From: Alphaproteobacteria bacterium
Lineage (GTDB): Bacteria; Pseudomonadota; Alphaproteobacteria; UBA8366
Reading direction: 5' to 3'
Length of the DNA: 64,000 nt
Assembly (NCBI GenBank): GCA_028281325.1
Contig: JANQKC010000024.1
Location: 79,474-143,473, forward strand
The position numbers and the translations under genes are program-made. The notes under the pieces are model-generated. The model was not told the DNA's origin and searched no databases. It worked only from the letters and a program-made list of their open reading frames with translations. Shown here piece after piece: positions 7,620 to 17,253 of this stretch (positions are counted from its first letter, which is position 1; each line of letters starts with the position of its first letter).

Positions 7620-9218
7620 ATGCAGGCGGATTATGTGATCGTGGGGGCCGGGTCGGCGGGGTGCGTGTTGGCGAACCGGTTGAGCGCCGATGGCGCGCGG
7701 GTCGTGTTGCTGGAGGCGGGGCCGCCCGACCGCAACCCGATGATCCATATCCCGGCCGGGGTGCGCACGCTGATGCAGCATCCAGTGATCAACTGGAATT
7801 ACACGTCGGAGCCCGAGGAAGGCACCGCCGACCGGCGCGTCAACTGGCCGCGCGGCAAGACGCTGGGCGGCTCCAGCGCGATCAACGGCATGCTCTATGT
7901 GCGCGGCAACCCGGCGGATTACGACGGCTGGGCGCAGCGCGGCTGCCGTGGCTGGGCCTATGACGAGGTGTTGCCCTATTTCAAGAAATCCGAGGATTTT
8001 CGCGGCGACGGCGATGCCGCCTACCGCAGCCGGGGCGGCGTGCTGGCGGTCGAGAATTATCGGACGATCCTGCCGCTGACGCATAAGTTCGTCGAGGCGG
8101 CGCAGCAAGCGGGGTTCCCGCTGACGCCGGATTACAACGGCGCGCAGCAGGAAGGCGTCGCCTATTCGCAGATGACGCGGAACAAGCGCTTCCGGGCGTC
8201 GACCGCGCGCAGCTTCCTGGCCGAAGCGCGGCCGCGCGAAAACCTGGAGGTGGTGACCGAGGCCGTCGGCACGGGCTTGCTGTTCGACGGCACGCGTTGC
8301 GTCGGCGCGACCTACCGGCAGGGCGGTGAAGATAAAGAGGTGCGCGCCAATCGCGAGGTCATCGTCTCCGGCGGCGCGGTGAACTCGCCGCATCTTCTGC
8401 ACGTCTCGGGCATCGGCCCCGCCGACCATCTGCAATCCATCGGCGTGCCGGTGCGGCACGACCTGCCCGGTGTCGGCGGCAACCTGCAGGACCACTACGT
8501 GGTCCGTATCTCGCACCGGGTCGAAGGGCTGACGTCGATCAACGAGTTGGCGCGGGTTCCCCGCGTGCTGCCGGAGATCGCCCGGTATTTCCTGTTCGGG
8601 GACGGCGCGCTCACCTTCGGCGTGACGGCGGCGATGGTGTTCACCCGCAGCCGCGAGGGGCTGAGCAGCCCGGACCTGCAGCTCCTTTTCACCCCGGCGA
8701 GCTACGACGCGGTCGAGATCAAGTCCTTCGACAAGGAACCGGGCATGACCATCGCGGTCTGCCCCGTCCGGCCCGAGAGCCGGGGCACGATCATGGCGGC
8801 GAGCGCCGACCCGCTGCAGGCGCCGGCGATCCGGCCGAATTACCTGTCGGCGGAAAGCGACGCCCATGTCCTGCATGCGGGGCTGGAGAAATGCCGCAGC
8901 ATCTTCGCCGCCCCCGCGCTGGCCGAGGTGAGCAAGGGCGAACTCGCGCCGGGGCCGGAGGTGAATTCGGTGGAGACGGTGCGCGAATACACCCGCCACA
9001 AGGGCAACACGCTGTACCATCCGGTCGGCACCTGCAAGATGGGCGACGACCCGATGGCGGTGGTCGACGACCGGTTGCGGGTCCATGGCGTCCAAGGATT
9101 GCGGGTGATCGACGCCTCGATCATGCCGACCCTGACCACCGGCAACACCAACGCGCCCACCATCATGATCGCCGAGAAGGGCGCGGACATGATCCTGGAG
9201 GACAACACGGCGGCGTGA
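7620..9218 (+). CDS. GMC-family oxidoreductase (choline dehydrogenase-like)
   Basis: N-terminal FAD fold [19 protein letters not shown], full-length GMC architecture and a good SD (gggtggggaaga). Confidence 0.85.
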   Translation: MQADYVIVGAGSAGCVLANRLSADGARVVLLEAGPPDRNPMIHIPAGVRTLMQHPVINWNYTSEPEEGTADRRVNWPRGKTLGGSSAINGMLYVRGNPADYDGWAQRGCRGWAYDEVLPYFKKSEDFRGDGDAAYRSRGGVLAVENYRTILPLTHKFVEAAQQAGFPLTPDYNGAQQEGVAYSQMTRNKRFRASTARSFLAEARPRENLEVVTEAVGTGLLFDGTRCVGATYRQGGEDKEVRANREVIVSGGAVNSPHLLHVSGIGPADHLQSIGVPVRHDLPGVGGNLQDHYVVRISHRVEGLTSINELARVPRVLPEIARYFLFGDGALTFGVTAAMVFTRSREGLSSPDLQLLFTPASYDAVEIKSFDKEPGMTIAVCPVRPESRGTIMAASADPLQAPAIRPNYLSAESDAHVLHAGLEKCRSIFAAPALAEVSKGELAPGPEVNSVETVREYTRHKGNTLYHPVGTCKMGDDPMAVVDDRLRVHGVQGLRVIDASIMPTLTTGNTNAPTIMIAEKGADMILEDNTAA

Positions 9219-9382
9219 CGGCCTGGATTCCGGGCCTTTCCCTTACCCGAATGCGCCCATTCACCCGTATAAAAAGTTAATCGCCCCGCCGAAACCCGGA
9301 TGCTATCTTATCGCCGCGCGGGCCGGGGTCGGCCTGCGACTCCGACATTTCTGACTGTGATTTTGGACCGAGGAAACGCGTA

Positions 9383-10294
9383 ATGACGGCACCAGCGACC
9401 ATGACCGGGGTTTTGACACCCGTCGTGACCCCCTTCGATGACGATCTCAAGCCGGACGCGGCGCGCCTGCTGAAGCAGTGCCAATGGCTGCAGTCGAACA
9501 ACTGCGGCCTCGCGATCTTCGGCACCAACAGCGAAGGCAACTCTATGTCGACCGCCGAGCGCATCATGCTGATGGAAGCGCTGGTCGACGGCGGGATCGA
9601 CGCGGCGGAACTGATGCCAGGCACCGGCTGCTGCGCGCTGACCGATTCGGTCGAACTGTCGAAACGCGCGACCGACCTCGGCTGCGGCGGCGTGCTGATG
9701 CTGCCGCCCTTCTATTACAAGGGCGCGGACGACGACGCGCTCTATCGCAGTTATGCGGAGATCATCCAGCGGGTCGGCGACGACAAGTTGAAGATCTATC
9801 TCTATCACATCCCGCAGGTCTCGAATGTCCCGATCACGCTGACGTTGATCGAGAAGCTGGTGAAGGATTTTCCCGACACGGTGGTCGGCATCAAGGACAG
9901 CTCCGGCGACTGGAGCAACACCAAGGCGATGCTCGACAACTTCCCCGGCTTCGGCGTGTTCGCCGGGAGCGAGACCTTCCTGCTGCAGAATATGCGGAAC
10001 GGCGGAGTCGGCTGCATCTCGGCGACCGCAAACATCAATCCGGGCGCGATCCACGCGCTGTATGCGACATGGCAGAACGACGATGCCGACGATCAACAGG
10101 CCCGTCTCGATGAGGTCCGCGGCGTGTTCGAAGGGTTCCCGATGATCCCGGCGATGAAGGCGGCGATCGCCCATTTCGCCGGCGACGGCGTGTGGAAGAA
10201 CGTGCGCCCGCCGCTGATGAACCTGCCCGACGATGCGACCAACAAGCTGCTGGCGGAACTGGACCGCATTTCCTTCAAGATCGAAGGCGTTTAG
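9383..10294 (+). CDS. Dihydrodipicolinate synthase/N-acetylneuraminate lyase family (DapA-like aldolase)
   Basis: Class I aldolase features including the GIKDSSGD Schiff-base lysine region. SD is gaggaaacg. Confidence 0.8.
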   Translation: MTAPATMTGVLTPVVTPFDDDLKPDAARLLKQCQWLQSNNCGLAIFGTNSEGNSMSTAERIMLMEALVDGGIDAAELMPGTGCCALTDSVELSKRATDLGCGGVLMLPPFYYKGADDDALYRSYAEIIQRVGDDKLKIYLYHIPQVSNVPITLTLIEKLVKDFPDTVVGIKDSSGDWSNTKAMLDNFPGFGVFAGSETFLLQNMRNGGVGCISATANINPGAIHALYATWQNDDADDQQARLDEVRGVFEGFPMIPAMKAAIAHFAGDGVWKNVRPPLMNLPDDATNKLLAELDRISFKIEGV

Positions 10295-10308
10295 CCGCCC
10301 GCATCTTG

Positions 10309-10492
10309 TCATCCCCGTGAAAACGGGAATCCATGCGATCCGGTGCCTGGTTTCCCGCTTTCGCGGGAATGACGACGCATGGCGAAGGCAATATGGATTT
10401 GTGCGTAATCGGCATGCTTCGACAGGCTCAGCATGAGGGTTGAGCCAGCTAGAGGCAGAACACGATCCTCATCCTGAGCCCGTCGAAGGATG
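10309..10492. repeat. Mosaic palindromic intergenic repeat (REP/RIME-like), copy 1, with modules A' and A (cccgYgaaaRcggg hairpins) plus B (catgcttcgacaggctcagcatgaggg) and inverted B'
   Basis: The same modules recur at 45101..45212. It fills the whole gap between convergent genes and forms long hairpins. The minus-strand translation gives the spurious MLSLSKH ORF. Confidence 0.6.
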
Positions 10493-10499
10493 ACGGCGG

Positions 10500-11750
10500 T
10501 CAGGCGGCCATTGCCGCGCGCGGCCCGCGGGTCGTGCGCCACAGCAGCAACAGCATGATCATGATGTTGACCATGTTGAAGGCGATGCCGTTTATCAGCG
10601 CCGCCTGATACGACCCCGTCGCGTCGTAGATCCAGCCCGACAGCCAGCCGCCCAAGGCCATGCCCAGGATCGTCATCATCATCACGATGCCGACGCGTTG
10701 TCCCGCCTCGCGCGCGGGCAGGTATTCGCGCACGATGATCGCGTAGCTCGGCACGATGCCACCCTGCGACAGGCCGAAGATCACCGAAACGATGTAGAGC
10801 GAGGTCAAACCGTCGAACGGCAGGTATAAGCACAGCGCGATGCCCTGCAGGATCGAGCCCAGCAGCAGGGTGCGGATGCCGCCCATGTAGTCGGCGAGCA
10901 GGCCGAAGACGAGCCGGCTGACCACCCCGCCCGCCAGCATCAGCGACAGCATTTCCGCGCCGCGCGCGACGCCGTAGCCGAGGTCGACGCAATAGGCGAC
11001 GATATGAACCTGCGGCATCGACATGGCGACGCAACATCCGATCCCGGCGATTGCCAGCATGATCTGCAACATCCGCGGCGAGATATCGATGCTGTGGCCA
11101 GGCTGCGGTCCGACGGTGCCGTCCGCCCGCACCGGATGGTCCCGCGGCGGCGGCCGGCGCAGACACAGCGCCAGTGGCACCATCACGCAGATGCACAACA
11201 CGCCGATGCCCATATAGGTCGTGCGCCAGCCCTCGGTCCGGATGAAGCCTTCGATCAGGGTGGGCCAGATCGCGCCGGCGAGATAATTCCCGCTGGCGGT
11301 CGCCGCGACGGCGATGCCGCGTCGCCGGCTGAACCAATGCGAGACATCGGCGATCAGCGGCCCGAAACTGGCCGAGGTGCCGATGCCGATCAACAAGCCC
11401 TGGATCGCCGAGATCTGCCAGATCGCGTCGGCCATTCCGGCGAGGATGAACCCGAGCCCAAGCGCGGTCGCCGCGACGATGATCGGCAGGGTAATGCCGT
11501 ACCGGTCGACGAAACGCCCGACAATCGCGTTGCCGACCGCGAAGCCGACCATCGTCAGCGTATAGGGCAGTGACGCATCCGCGCGGTCGACGCCGAACTC
11601 GTCCTGTACCGCGGGCATGACGACCACCACCGCCCACATGCCGATGCTGCCCATGGTGGCCAGCAGGATCGACACGGCGAGACGGAACAGGGCGTAAGGC
11701 CCGTCGATGGCGCTCGCGCGCGCACCGGATGTGTCGCTGTGTGACGTCAC
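10500..11750 (-). CDS. MFS transporter
   Basis: 416 aa, about 12 TM helices, MFS-like. GTG start with GGAG SD. Confidence 0.8.
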   Translation of the reverse strand: MTSHSDTSGARASAIDGPYALFRLAVSILLATMGSIGMWAVVVVMPAVQDEFGVDRADASLPYTLTMVGFAVGNAIVGRFVDRYGITLPIIVAATALGLGFILAGMADAIWQISAIQGLLIGIGTSASFGPLIADVSHWFSRRRGIAVAATASGNYLAGAIWPTLIEGFIRTEGWRTTYMGIGVLCICVMVPLALCLRRPPPRDHPVRADGTVGPQPGHSIDISPRMLQIMLAIAGIGCCVAMSMPQVHIVAYCVDLGYGVARGAEMLSLMLAGGVVSRLVFGLLADYMGGIRTLLLGSILQGIALCLYLPFDGLTSLYIVSVIFGLSQGGIVPSYAIIVREYLPAREAGQRVGIVMMMTILGMALGGWLSGWIYDATGSYQAALINGIAFNMVNIMIMLLLLWRTTRGPRAAMAA

Positions 11751-12014
11751 GTTCGCTCCGTCTTTTCACGTATCGGAAAGGCTACCGCTCGAGGAACGTT
11801 AATTTAAAGCACGCCCTTTGCATGGGCGCCATGCCGAAAATGCCTCTTGTCGGTGGGGCGTTTTTCTGAATGTCGCAATTCTCCCGTGGCGGGTGGCGCC
11901 CTCCACAAAGCGGCAGTCGTCGTGCGGCGGCCCGTTGTCCCCGTCGCTTTCGCGGTTGCCTTCCCATGCAAACGATAAGAGTATGCCGATCATCCAGCAG
12001 ACGGGGCGGGGTCC

Positions 12015-13085
12015 TTGGCCAAAAAAGTCGCATTCATCACCGGGGTGACCGGGCAGGACGGCGCCTATCTTGCCGATCTGCTGTTGGGCAAAGGGTATGA
12101 GGTGCACGGCGTGAAACGCCGGTCGTCGTCCTTCAATACGGAACGGATCGACCATCTCTATCAGGACCCGCACGACGACGACATACGGTTCACCCTGCAC
12201 TACGGCGACATGACGGACGCCACGAACCTGCTGCGCCTGGTGCAACAGGTGCAGCCGACGGAAATCTATAACCTCGCCGCGCAATCGCATGTCATGGTGA
12301 GTTTCGAGACGCCGGAATACACCGCCAACGCCGATGCGCTCGGGACGCTTCGCATGCTGGAGGCGATCCGGATCCTCGGCCTTGAAGACAGCGTCCGCTT
12401 CTATCAGGCGTCCACGTCGGAACTCTATGGCAAGGCGCAGACCGCGCCGCAGAACGAAACCACGCCGTTCTATCCGCGCAGCCCGTATGGCGCCGCCAAA
12501 CTCTACGCCTATTGGATCACGGTGAACTACCGCGAAGCCTACGGCATGCACGCGAGCAACGGCATCAGCTTCAATCACGAAGGCCCGACGCGCGGCGAGA
12601 CCTTCGTCACCCGCAAGATCACCCGGGCGGTCGCCGCCATTGAGCAAGGGCTGCAGCCGCGCCTGTTTCTCGGCAACCTGGATGCGGAACGGGATTGGGG
12701 GCACGCGCGCGATTTCGCCGAGGGTATGTGGCGTGTGCTGCAGCAACCCGAACCGGACGACTACGTGCTGGCGACCGGTGAGAGCCATTCCGTTCGTGAA
12801 TTCGTCGAGCTGGCCTTTCAATGCGTCGACCGGACGATCGAATGGCGCGGCGCGGGCGTCGACGAGAAAGGCGTCGACGTGGCGACCGGCGACATCCTGG
12901 TCGAGATCGATCCCGTCTATTTCCGGCCGACCGAGGTCGGCAAATTGCTGGGCGATCCGGCGAAGGCGCGCGAGAAGCTCGGCTGGCAGGCGACCACGCC
13001 TTTCGGGAACATGGTGAGCGAAATGGTCGTCTCCGACATGGCGGTGGTCCGGGAAGAGACGGCCCGGAAGAACCGGCATGACTGA
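12015..13085 (+). CDS. gmd: GDP-mannose 4,6-dehydratase
   Basis: Near-canonical Gmd sequence ([18 protein letters not shown] ... [10 protein letters not shown]). TTG start. Confidence 0.9.
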   Translation: MAKKVAFITGVTGQDGAYLADLLLGKGYEVHGVKRRSSSFNTERIDHLYQDPHDDDIRFTLHYGDMTDATNLLRLVQQVQPTEIYNLAAQSHVMVSFETPEYTANADALGTLRMLEAIRILGLEDSVRFYQASTSELYGKAQTAPQNETTPFYPRSPYGAAKLYAYWITVNYREAYGMHASNGISFNHEGPTRGETFVTRKITRAVAAIEQGLQPRLFLGNLDAERDWGHARDFAEGMWRVLQQPEPDDYVLATGESHSVREFVELAFQCVDRTIEWRGAGVDEKGVDVATGDILVEIDPVYFRPTEVGKLLGDPAKAREKLGWQATTPFGNMVSEMVVSDMAVVREETARKNRHD

Positions 13086-14025
13086 GGCGGTTTTCGATCT
13101 TTCGGGCCGGCGCGTCTGGGTCGCCGGCCACGCGGGCATGGTCGGCGCGGCCTTGTGCCGCCGGCTGGACTCGGAGGATTGCGAGGTTATCACCGTCGAC
13201 CGCGCCACGGTCGATCTTCGCCGTCAGGCCGACGTGGAAGCGTGGATGGCGGAGACGCGCCCGGCGGTGGTGTTCCTGACCGCGGCGACCGTCGGCGGAA
13301 TCCTGGCGAACGACACGCGCCCGGCGGACTTCCTGTACGACAACCTGGCGATCGAGGCCAACGTCATCCATGCGGCGTATACGTCCGGTGTGGAAAAGCT
13401 GTTGCTGCTGGGCTCGTCCTGCATCTATCCGCGGGAAGCCCCGCAGCCGATGACCGAAGACGCCTTGTTGAGCGGCGCGCTGGAGCCGACGAACGAATGG
13501 TATGCGGTCGCCAAGATCGCCGGGATCAAGCTGTGCCAGGCGTATCGCCGGCAGCATGGCTGCGACTTTATCGCCGCGATGCCGACGAACCTGTATGGGC
13601 CGGGCGATACATTCGATCTTGCGGCCAGCCATGTGGTGCCCGCACTGATGGCGAAGGCGCACCAGGCGAAAACCGACGGCGCGTTGGAGATCGAAATCTG
13701 GGGCAGCGGCACACCGCGCCGCGAGTTCCTCTTTGTGGACGACGCGGCGGACGCCCTGGTGCATGTGATGCGATGCTATTCCAATGAGCAGCATATCAAT
13801 GTGGGCACCGGCGAAGACCTGACCATCGATGCGCTGGCGAAGATGATCTGCGAGGTCGTCGGATTCGAGGGCGATTGCCGCTACGACGCGTCGAAGCCGG
13901 ACGGGACGCCGCGGAAGCTTCTCGACGTGAGCCGACTCGCGGCGCTGGGGTGGACCGCCTCCACACCGTTGCGCACTGGATTGGCGCAGACCTACGACTG
14001 GTACAAAGCGCAATGTGCGGCATAG
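13078..14025 (+). CDS. fcl: GDP-L-fucose synthase
   Basis: Canonical Fcl/WcaG sequence. It overlaps gmd by 8 nt, indicating translational coupling. Confidence 0.9.
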   Translation: MTEAVFDLSGRRVWVAGHAGMVGAALCRRLDSEDCEVITVDRATVDLRRQADVEAWMAETRPAVVFLTAATVGGILANDTRPADFLYDNLAIEANVIHAAYTSGVEKLLLLGSSCIYPREAPQPMTEDALLSGALEPTNEWYAVAKIAGIKLCQAYRRQHGCDFIAAMPTNLYGPGDTFDLAASHVVPALMAKAHQAKTDGALEIEIWGSGTPRREFLFVDDAADALVHVMRCYSNEQHINVGTGEDLTIDALAKMICEVVGFEGDCRYDASKPDGTPRKLLDVSRLAALGWTASTPLRTGLAQTYDWYKAQCAA

Positions 14026-15938
14026 CGGGCATTCTCGACGGGTCGGGCCGCCATGGCGATCCGGCGTCCCATGTCCAGGCGATGACCGATACCTTGGTGC
14101 ATCGCGGCCCGGACAGTAGCGGCATCTGGCAAGACCGCGATGCCGGCATCGCCTTCGGGCACCGGCGGCTGTCCATCGTCGATTTGTCCAATGCGGGTCA
14201 TCAACCGATGGCATCCGCGAACGGTCGCTGGACCGTCACCTATAACGGCGAAATCTATAACGCGCCGGAGTTACGCGCCGAGCTCGAGGCGGGCGGGGCG
14301 CGGTTTCGCGGACATTCGGATACCGAAGTCCTGGTCGAGGCCTGCGCGCAATGGGGCGTCGAGAAGACCCTGCCGAAACTGATCGGCATGTTCACCTTCG
14401 GTCTGTGGGATTCGGACACGCGCACGCTTTTCCTTGCGCGCGACCGGCTCGGGATCAAACCGCTGTACTGGGGCCGTTTCGGTGATCTGTTCCTGTTCGG
14501 TTCCGAACTGAAGGCGTTGCGGGCGCATCCCGGCTGGACCCCGGCGGTCGACCGCAACGCGCTGGCGTCCTTCATGCGGCATAACTACGTGCCGGGCCCG
14601 GGGTCGATCTATCAGGATGTCGGCAAGTTGGCGCCGGGCCATCTGCTGGTGGCGAAAGCGGGCATGGCGCCGAAGATCAGCGCGTTCTGGTCCCTGAAGG
14701 ATGTGGTTCGCGAGGCGCAGGCGCCCAGGTTGTCGTCGACGGAAGAGGCGGCGACCGACGAACTGGAGAAACTACTGAGCGATGCGATCACGCGGCGTAT
14801 GGTGGCCGACGTGCCGCTGGGTGCGTTCCTGTCCGGCGGGATCGATTCGTCGGTCGTGGTCGCCCTCATGCAAGCCAACGCGACCCAGCCGGTGCGGACC
14901 TTCTCCATCGGCTTCAACGAGCAGGGCTACAACGAGGCGCAGCACGCCAAGGAAGTGGCGGCGCATCTCGGGACCGACCATACGGAGCTGTATGTCGAGC
15001 CGCAGCATGCGATGGACACGATCCCGCGCATGGCTGAGATGTTCGACGAGCCGTTCGCCGACTCGTCGCAGATCCCGACTTTCCTGGTGTCGGAAATGAC
15101 CCGCAAGCATGTCACGGTCGCGCTGTCCGGCGACGGCGGCGACGAGTTGTTCGCCGGTTATGTCCGGTATTTCCAAGGGGTCAAGCTACTGCCGTTCATC
15201 GCCCGGGTGCCGCCGCCGGTGCGGGCGGCGATTGCCGGCGCGATACGATTGTTACCGCCGACCGCCTGGTCGACCCTGCTGCAGGTCCTGCCCGACCGCT
15301 GGCGGCCGCCGCAGCCCGGCGACAAGATGCATAAGCTGGCGGGGGTGCTGACCGAACCCGGCGACGCCTATTACCGCTACCTGGTCAGCCATTGGACCGA
15401 ACCGGACAAACTCGTTCTCGGGGGCGAGGAAATTCGGGGCCCGCTCTGGGACCCGTTGGTGCCAGACATCGTCCCGGACGCGATCGAACGGATGCAGTAT
15501 CTCGACACGATCACCTACATGCCGGACGACATCCTGACCAAGGTCGACCGCGCCTCGATGGCGGTGTCGCTGGAAGCGCGGGTGCCGCTGATCGATCACC
15601 GCGTGGTCGCCTTCGCGTGGTCCTTGCCGCCGCATCTGAAGGTGCGCGACGGCAGCGGGAAATGGCTGCTGCGCCAGGTCCTCGAACGACACGTGCCGCG
15701 AAAATTGATCGACCGGCCCAAGATGGGATTCGGCGTGCCCATCGACTCTTGGCTGCGCGGTCCCTTGCGCGATTGGGCGGAAGACCTGCTGTCGGAGAAG
15801 CGCTTGCGCGAAGACGGCTATTTCGATCCGCAGCCGATCCGCGAGAAATGGCAGGAACACCTGGGCGGAACCCGGAATTGGCACTACCTTTTGTGGGACG
15901 TGTTGATGTTCCAGCTTTGGAAGGAACGCTGGCTGTAA
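14013..15938 (+). CDS. Asparagine synthetase (glutamine-hydrolysing), polysaccharide-cluster type (WbpS-like)
   Basis: MCGIAG N-terminal nucleophile and SGGIDSS PP-loop. It overlaps the fcl stop by 13 nt. Confidence 0.85.
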   Translation: MCGIAGILDGSGRHGDPASHVQAMTDTLVHRGPDSSGIWQDRDAGIAFGHRRLSIVDLSNAGHQPMASANGRWTVTYNGEIYNAPELRAELEAGGARFRGHSDTEVLVEACAQWGVEKTLPKLIGMFTFGLWDSDTRTLFLARDRLGIKPLYWGRFGDLFLFGSELKALRAHPGWTPAVDRNALASFMRHNYVPGPGSIYQDVGKLAPGHLLVAKAGMAPKISAFWSLKDVVREAQAPRLSSTEEAATDELEKLLSDAITRRMVADVPLGAFLSGGIDSSVVVALMQANATQPVRTFSIGFNEQGYNEAQHAKEVAAHLGTDHTELYVEPQHAMDTIPRMAEMFDEPFADSSQIPTFLVSEMTRKHVTVALSGDGGDELFAGYVRYFQGVKLLPFIARVPPPVRAAIAGAIRLLPPTAWSTLLQVLPDRWRPPQPGDKMHKLAGVLTEPGDAYYRYLVSHWTEPDKLVLGGEEIRGPLWDPLVPDIVPDAIERMQYLDTITYMPDDILTKVDRASMAVSLEARVPLIDHRVVAFAWSLPPHLKVRDGSGKWLLRQVLERHVPRKLIDRPKMGFGVPIDSWLRGPLRDWAEDLLSEKRLREDGYFDPQPIREKWQEHLGGTRNWHYLLWDVLMFQLWKERWL

Positions 15939-15955
15939 GGGCGGCCGATGGGACG

Positions 15956-16666
15956 ATGGATCGAATAGAGCTATCCCAAGCCCTCGTGCTGTGCGCGCAT
16001 GGCGCCGGCGGCGGGAGTGCGGCCGCCGAGAAACTTGCGGGTATCCTTCGGGAACGGAAGCAATTCAGCCGCGTCGAGGTCTGCTGCCTCAAGGGCAGGC
16101 CCAGCGTGGCGGAGGCGTTGCAGGCCGTCGCCGGACAGGACGCCGTGCTGGTGCCGCTGCTGATGGCGGAAGGGTTTACCTACAAAACCTTGCTGCGCGG
16201 TGCGCTGTCGGATGCCGGCGCGATGGCGGATCGGGTTCGCTTGTCGCGCCCTGTCGGTGTGCATCCGCGTCTTGCCGATATCGCAGCGGCGCACGTTTGC
16301 CACGAATGCGCGCGGCACGGATGGGCAACGCCGGATGTTCATGTCCTGGTCGCGGCGCACGGCACGCCAAGGCACCGCGCCACCGGCGAGTCCGCGCGGG
16401 CGTTGGCCGCCGGGATTGAGGCGCAGGCGGTTTTTCACACCGCGCAGGTGGCGTTTCTGGAAAACCCGCCCTCCATCGAAGACGTGTTGCGCGCGATTGC
16501 GCCGGCCCCGTGCGTGGTCGTCGGGTTCTTCCTGGATGCCGGGGATCATGCGGATTCCGACGTGCCCGCGGCGATCATGCGGGCGCACCCCAAGGCGGGT
16601 TATACCGGTGCGATCGGCAACGATCCCGCGCTCGCCGATCTCATTCTAGATATAGCCCGCCAATAG
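15956..16666 (+). CDS. CbiX-like (sirohydrochlorin chelatase-type) domain protein
   Basis: ATG at 15956 with a gggacg SD. Includes VAAHGTPRH and an overall two-half CbiX-like layout. Confidence 0.55.
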   Translation: MDRIELSQALVLCAHGAGGGSAAAEKLAGILRERKQFSRVEVCCLKGRPSVAEALQAVAGQDAVLVPLLMAEGFTYKTLLRGALSDAGAMADRVRLSRPVGVHPRLADIAAAHVCHECARHGWATPDVHVLVAAHGTPRHRATGESARALAAGIEAQAVFHTAQVAFLENPPSIEDVLRAIAPAPCVVVGFFLDAGDHADSDVPAAIMRAHPKAGYTGAIGNDPALADLILDIARQ

Positions 16667-16686
16667 ACGGCATGGGTCGCCGCGCG

Positions 16687-17133
16687 CTACCGCAGGACCA
16701 GCACGGGGATCTTGCTGAGCGCCAGGACCTTCGCCGTCTGGCTGCCGAGCAGGGCGAGATTGATGCCGCGGCGGCCATGCGACGCCATCACGATGAGGTC
16801 GCATCCTTTCTCATCCGCGACCTCGATGATGCCGTCCGCCGGGGACCGGTCGCTCACATGATGCGTTTCGCTGGCCACGCCGGCGGCCTCCGCGGCGCTT
16901 TTCGCCTTGGCCAGCGTTTCTTGCGCGACGGCGGCGACCATATCCTCATAGCTCTTCATCGGGTTTTCGGTGCCCCGCATGGATTCCGACGCCATTTCCA
17001 CCGACGACCAAATTTCCGTGACGGTAACGAACAGAACCGAGGCGTCGATTCCCTTTGCCAACATCAGTCCATGATCCACGGCCCGGCCGGCCAGTTCCGA
17101 TCCGTCGGTGGCGATCAACATATGGCGGTACAT
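16687..17133 (-). CDS. Universal stress protein (UspA family)
   Basis: 148 aa with HMLIATDGSE and VMASHGRRG motifs. Confidence 0.8.
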   Translation of the reverse strand: MYRHMLIATDGSELAGRAVDHGLMLAKGIDASVLFVTVTEIWSSVEMASESMRGTENPMKSYEDMVAAVAQETLAKAKSAAEAAGVASETHHVSDRSPADGIIEVADEKGCDLIVMASHGRRGINLALLGSQTAKVLALSKIPVLVLR

Positions 17134-17253
17134 TTCACTCTCCTGTGGTTCGGCGAAAGTGGTCCGCCGGTAAGTTTTTTGGGTGAACGTCGGGCATCTT
17201 TTGCGTGTCCGTCATGACGTTCGTCAAGTGACGGAGTGTCGCGCGCCGTCGGT

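Noticed and set aside
4668-7620. Direct repeats or att sites flanking the low-GC island
   Set aside because: I compared about 50 nt on each flank by eye and saw no convincing repeat. The island boundaries are defined only by the GC shift.
7548-9095. 515-aa minus-strand ORF antisense to the GMC oxidoreductase. Similar long ORFs include 10309..11769(-), 11799..13208(-), 12619..14214(-), 25285..26706(-), 28956..29987(-), 31407..32621(+), 36323..37765(-), 38066..39214(+), 41286..42491(-), 44105..45175(-), 48049..49719(+), 50020..51078(+), 52586..54265(+), 54627..55964(-), 57455..58930(-) and 58548..60230(-)
   Set aside because: These are Arg/Ala/Gly/Pro-rich, low-complexity translations with no recognisable domains. 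Each overlaps a well-supported gene on the other strand or frame. Stop-codon-poor alternative frames are expected at about 65% GC.
10309-10492. Possible MITE or transposon because of long inverted repeats
   Set aside because: No transposase ORF is present, and there are no target-site duplications that I can see. The modular composition matches REP/RIME-type intergenic repeats rather than a mobile element with coding capacity.
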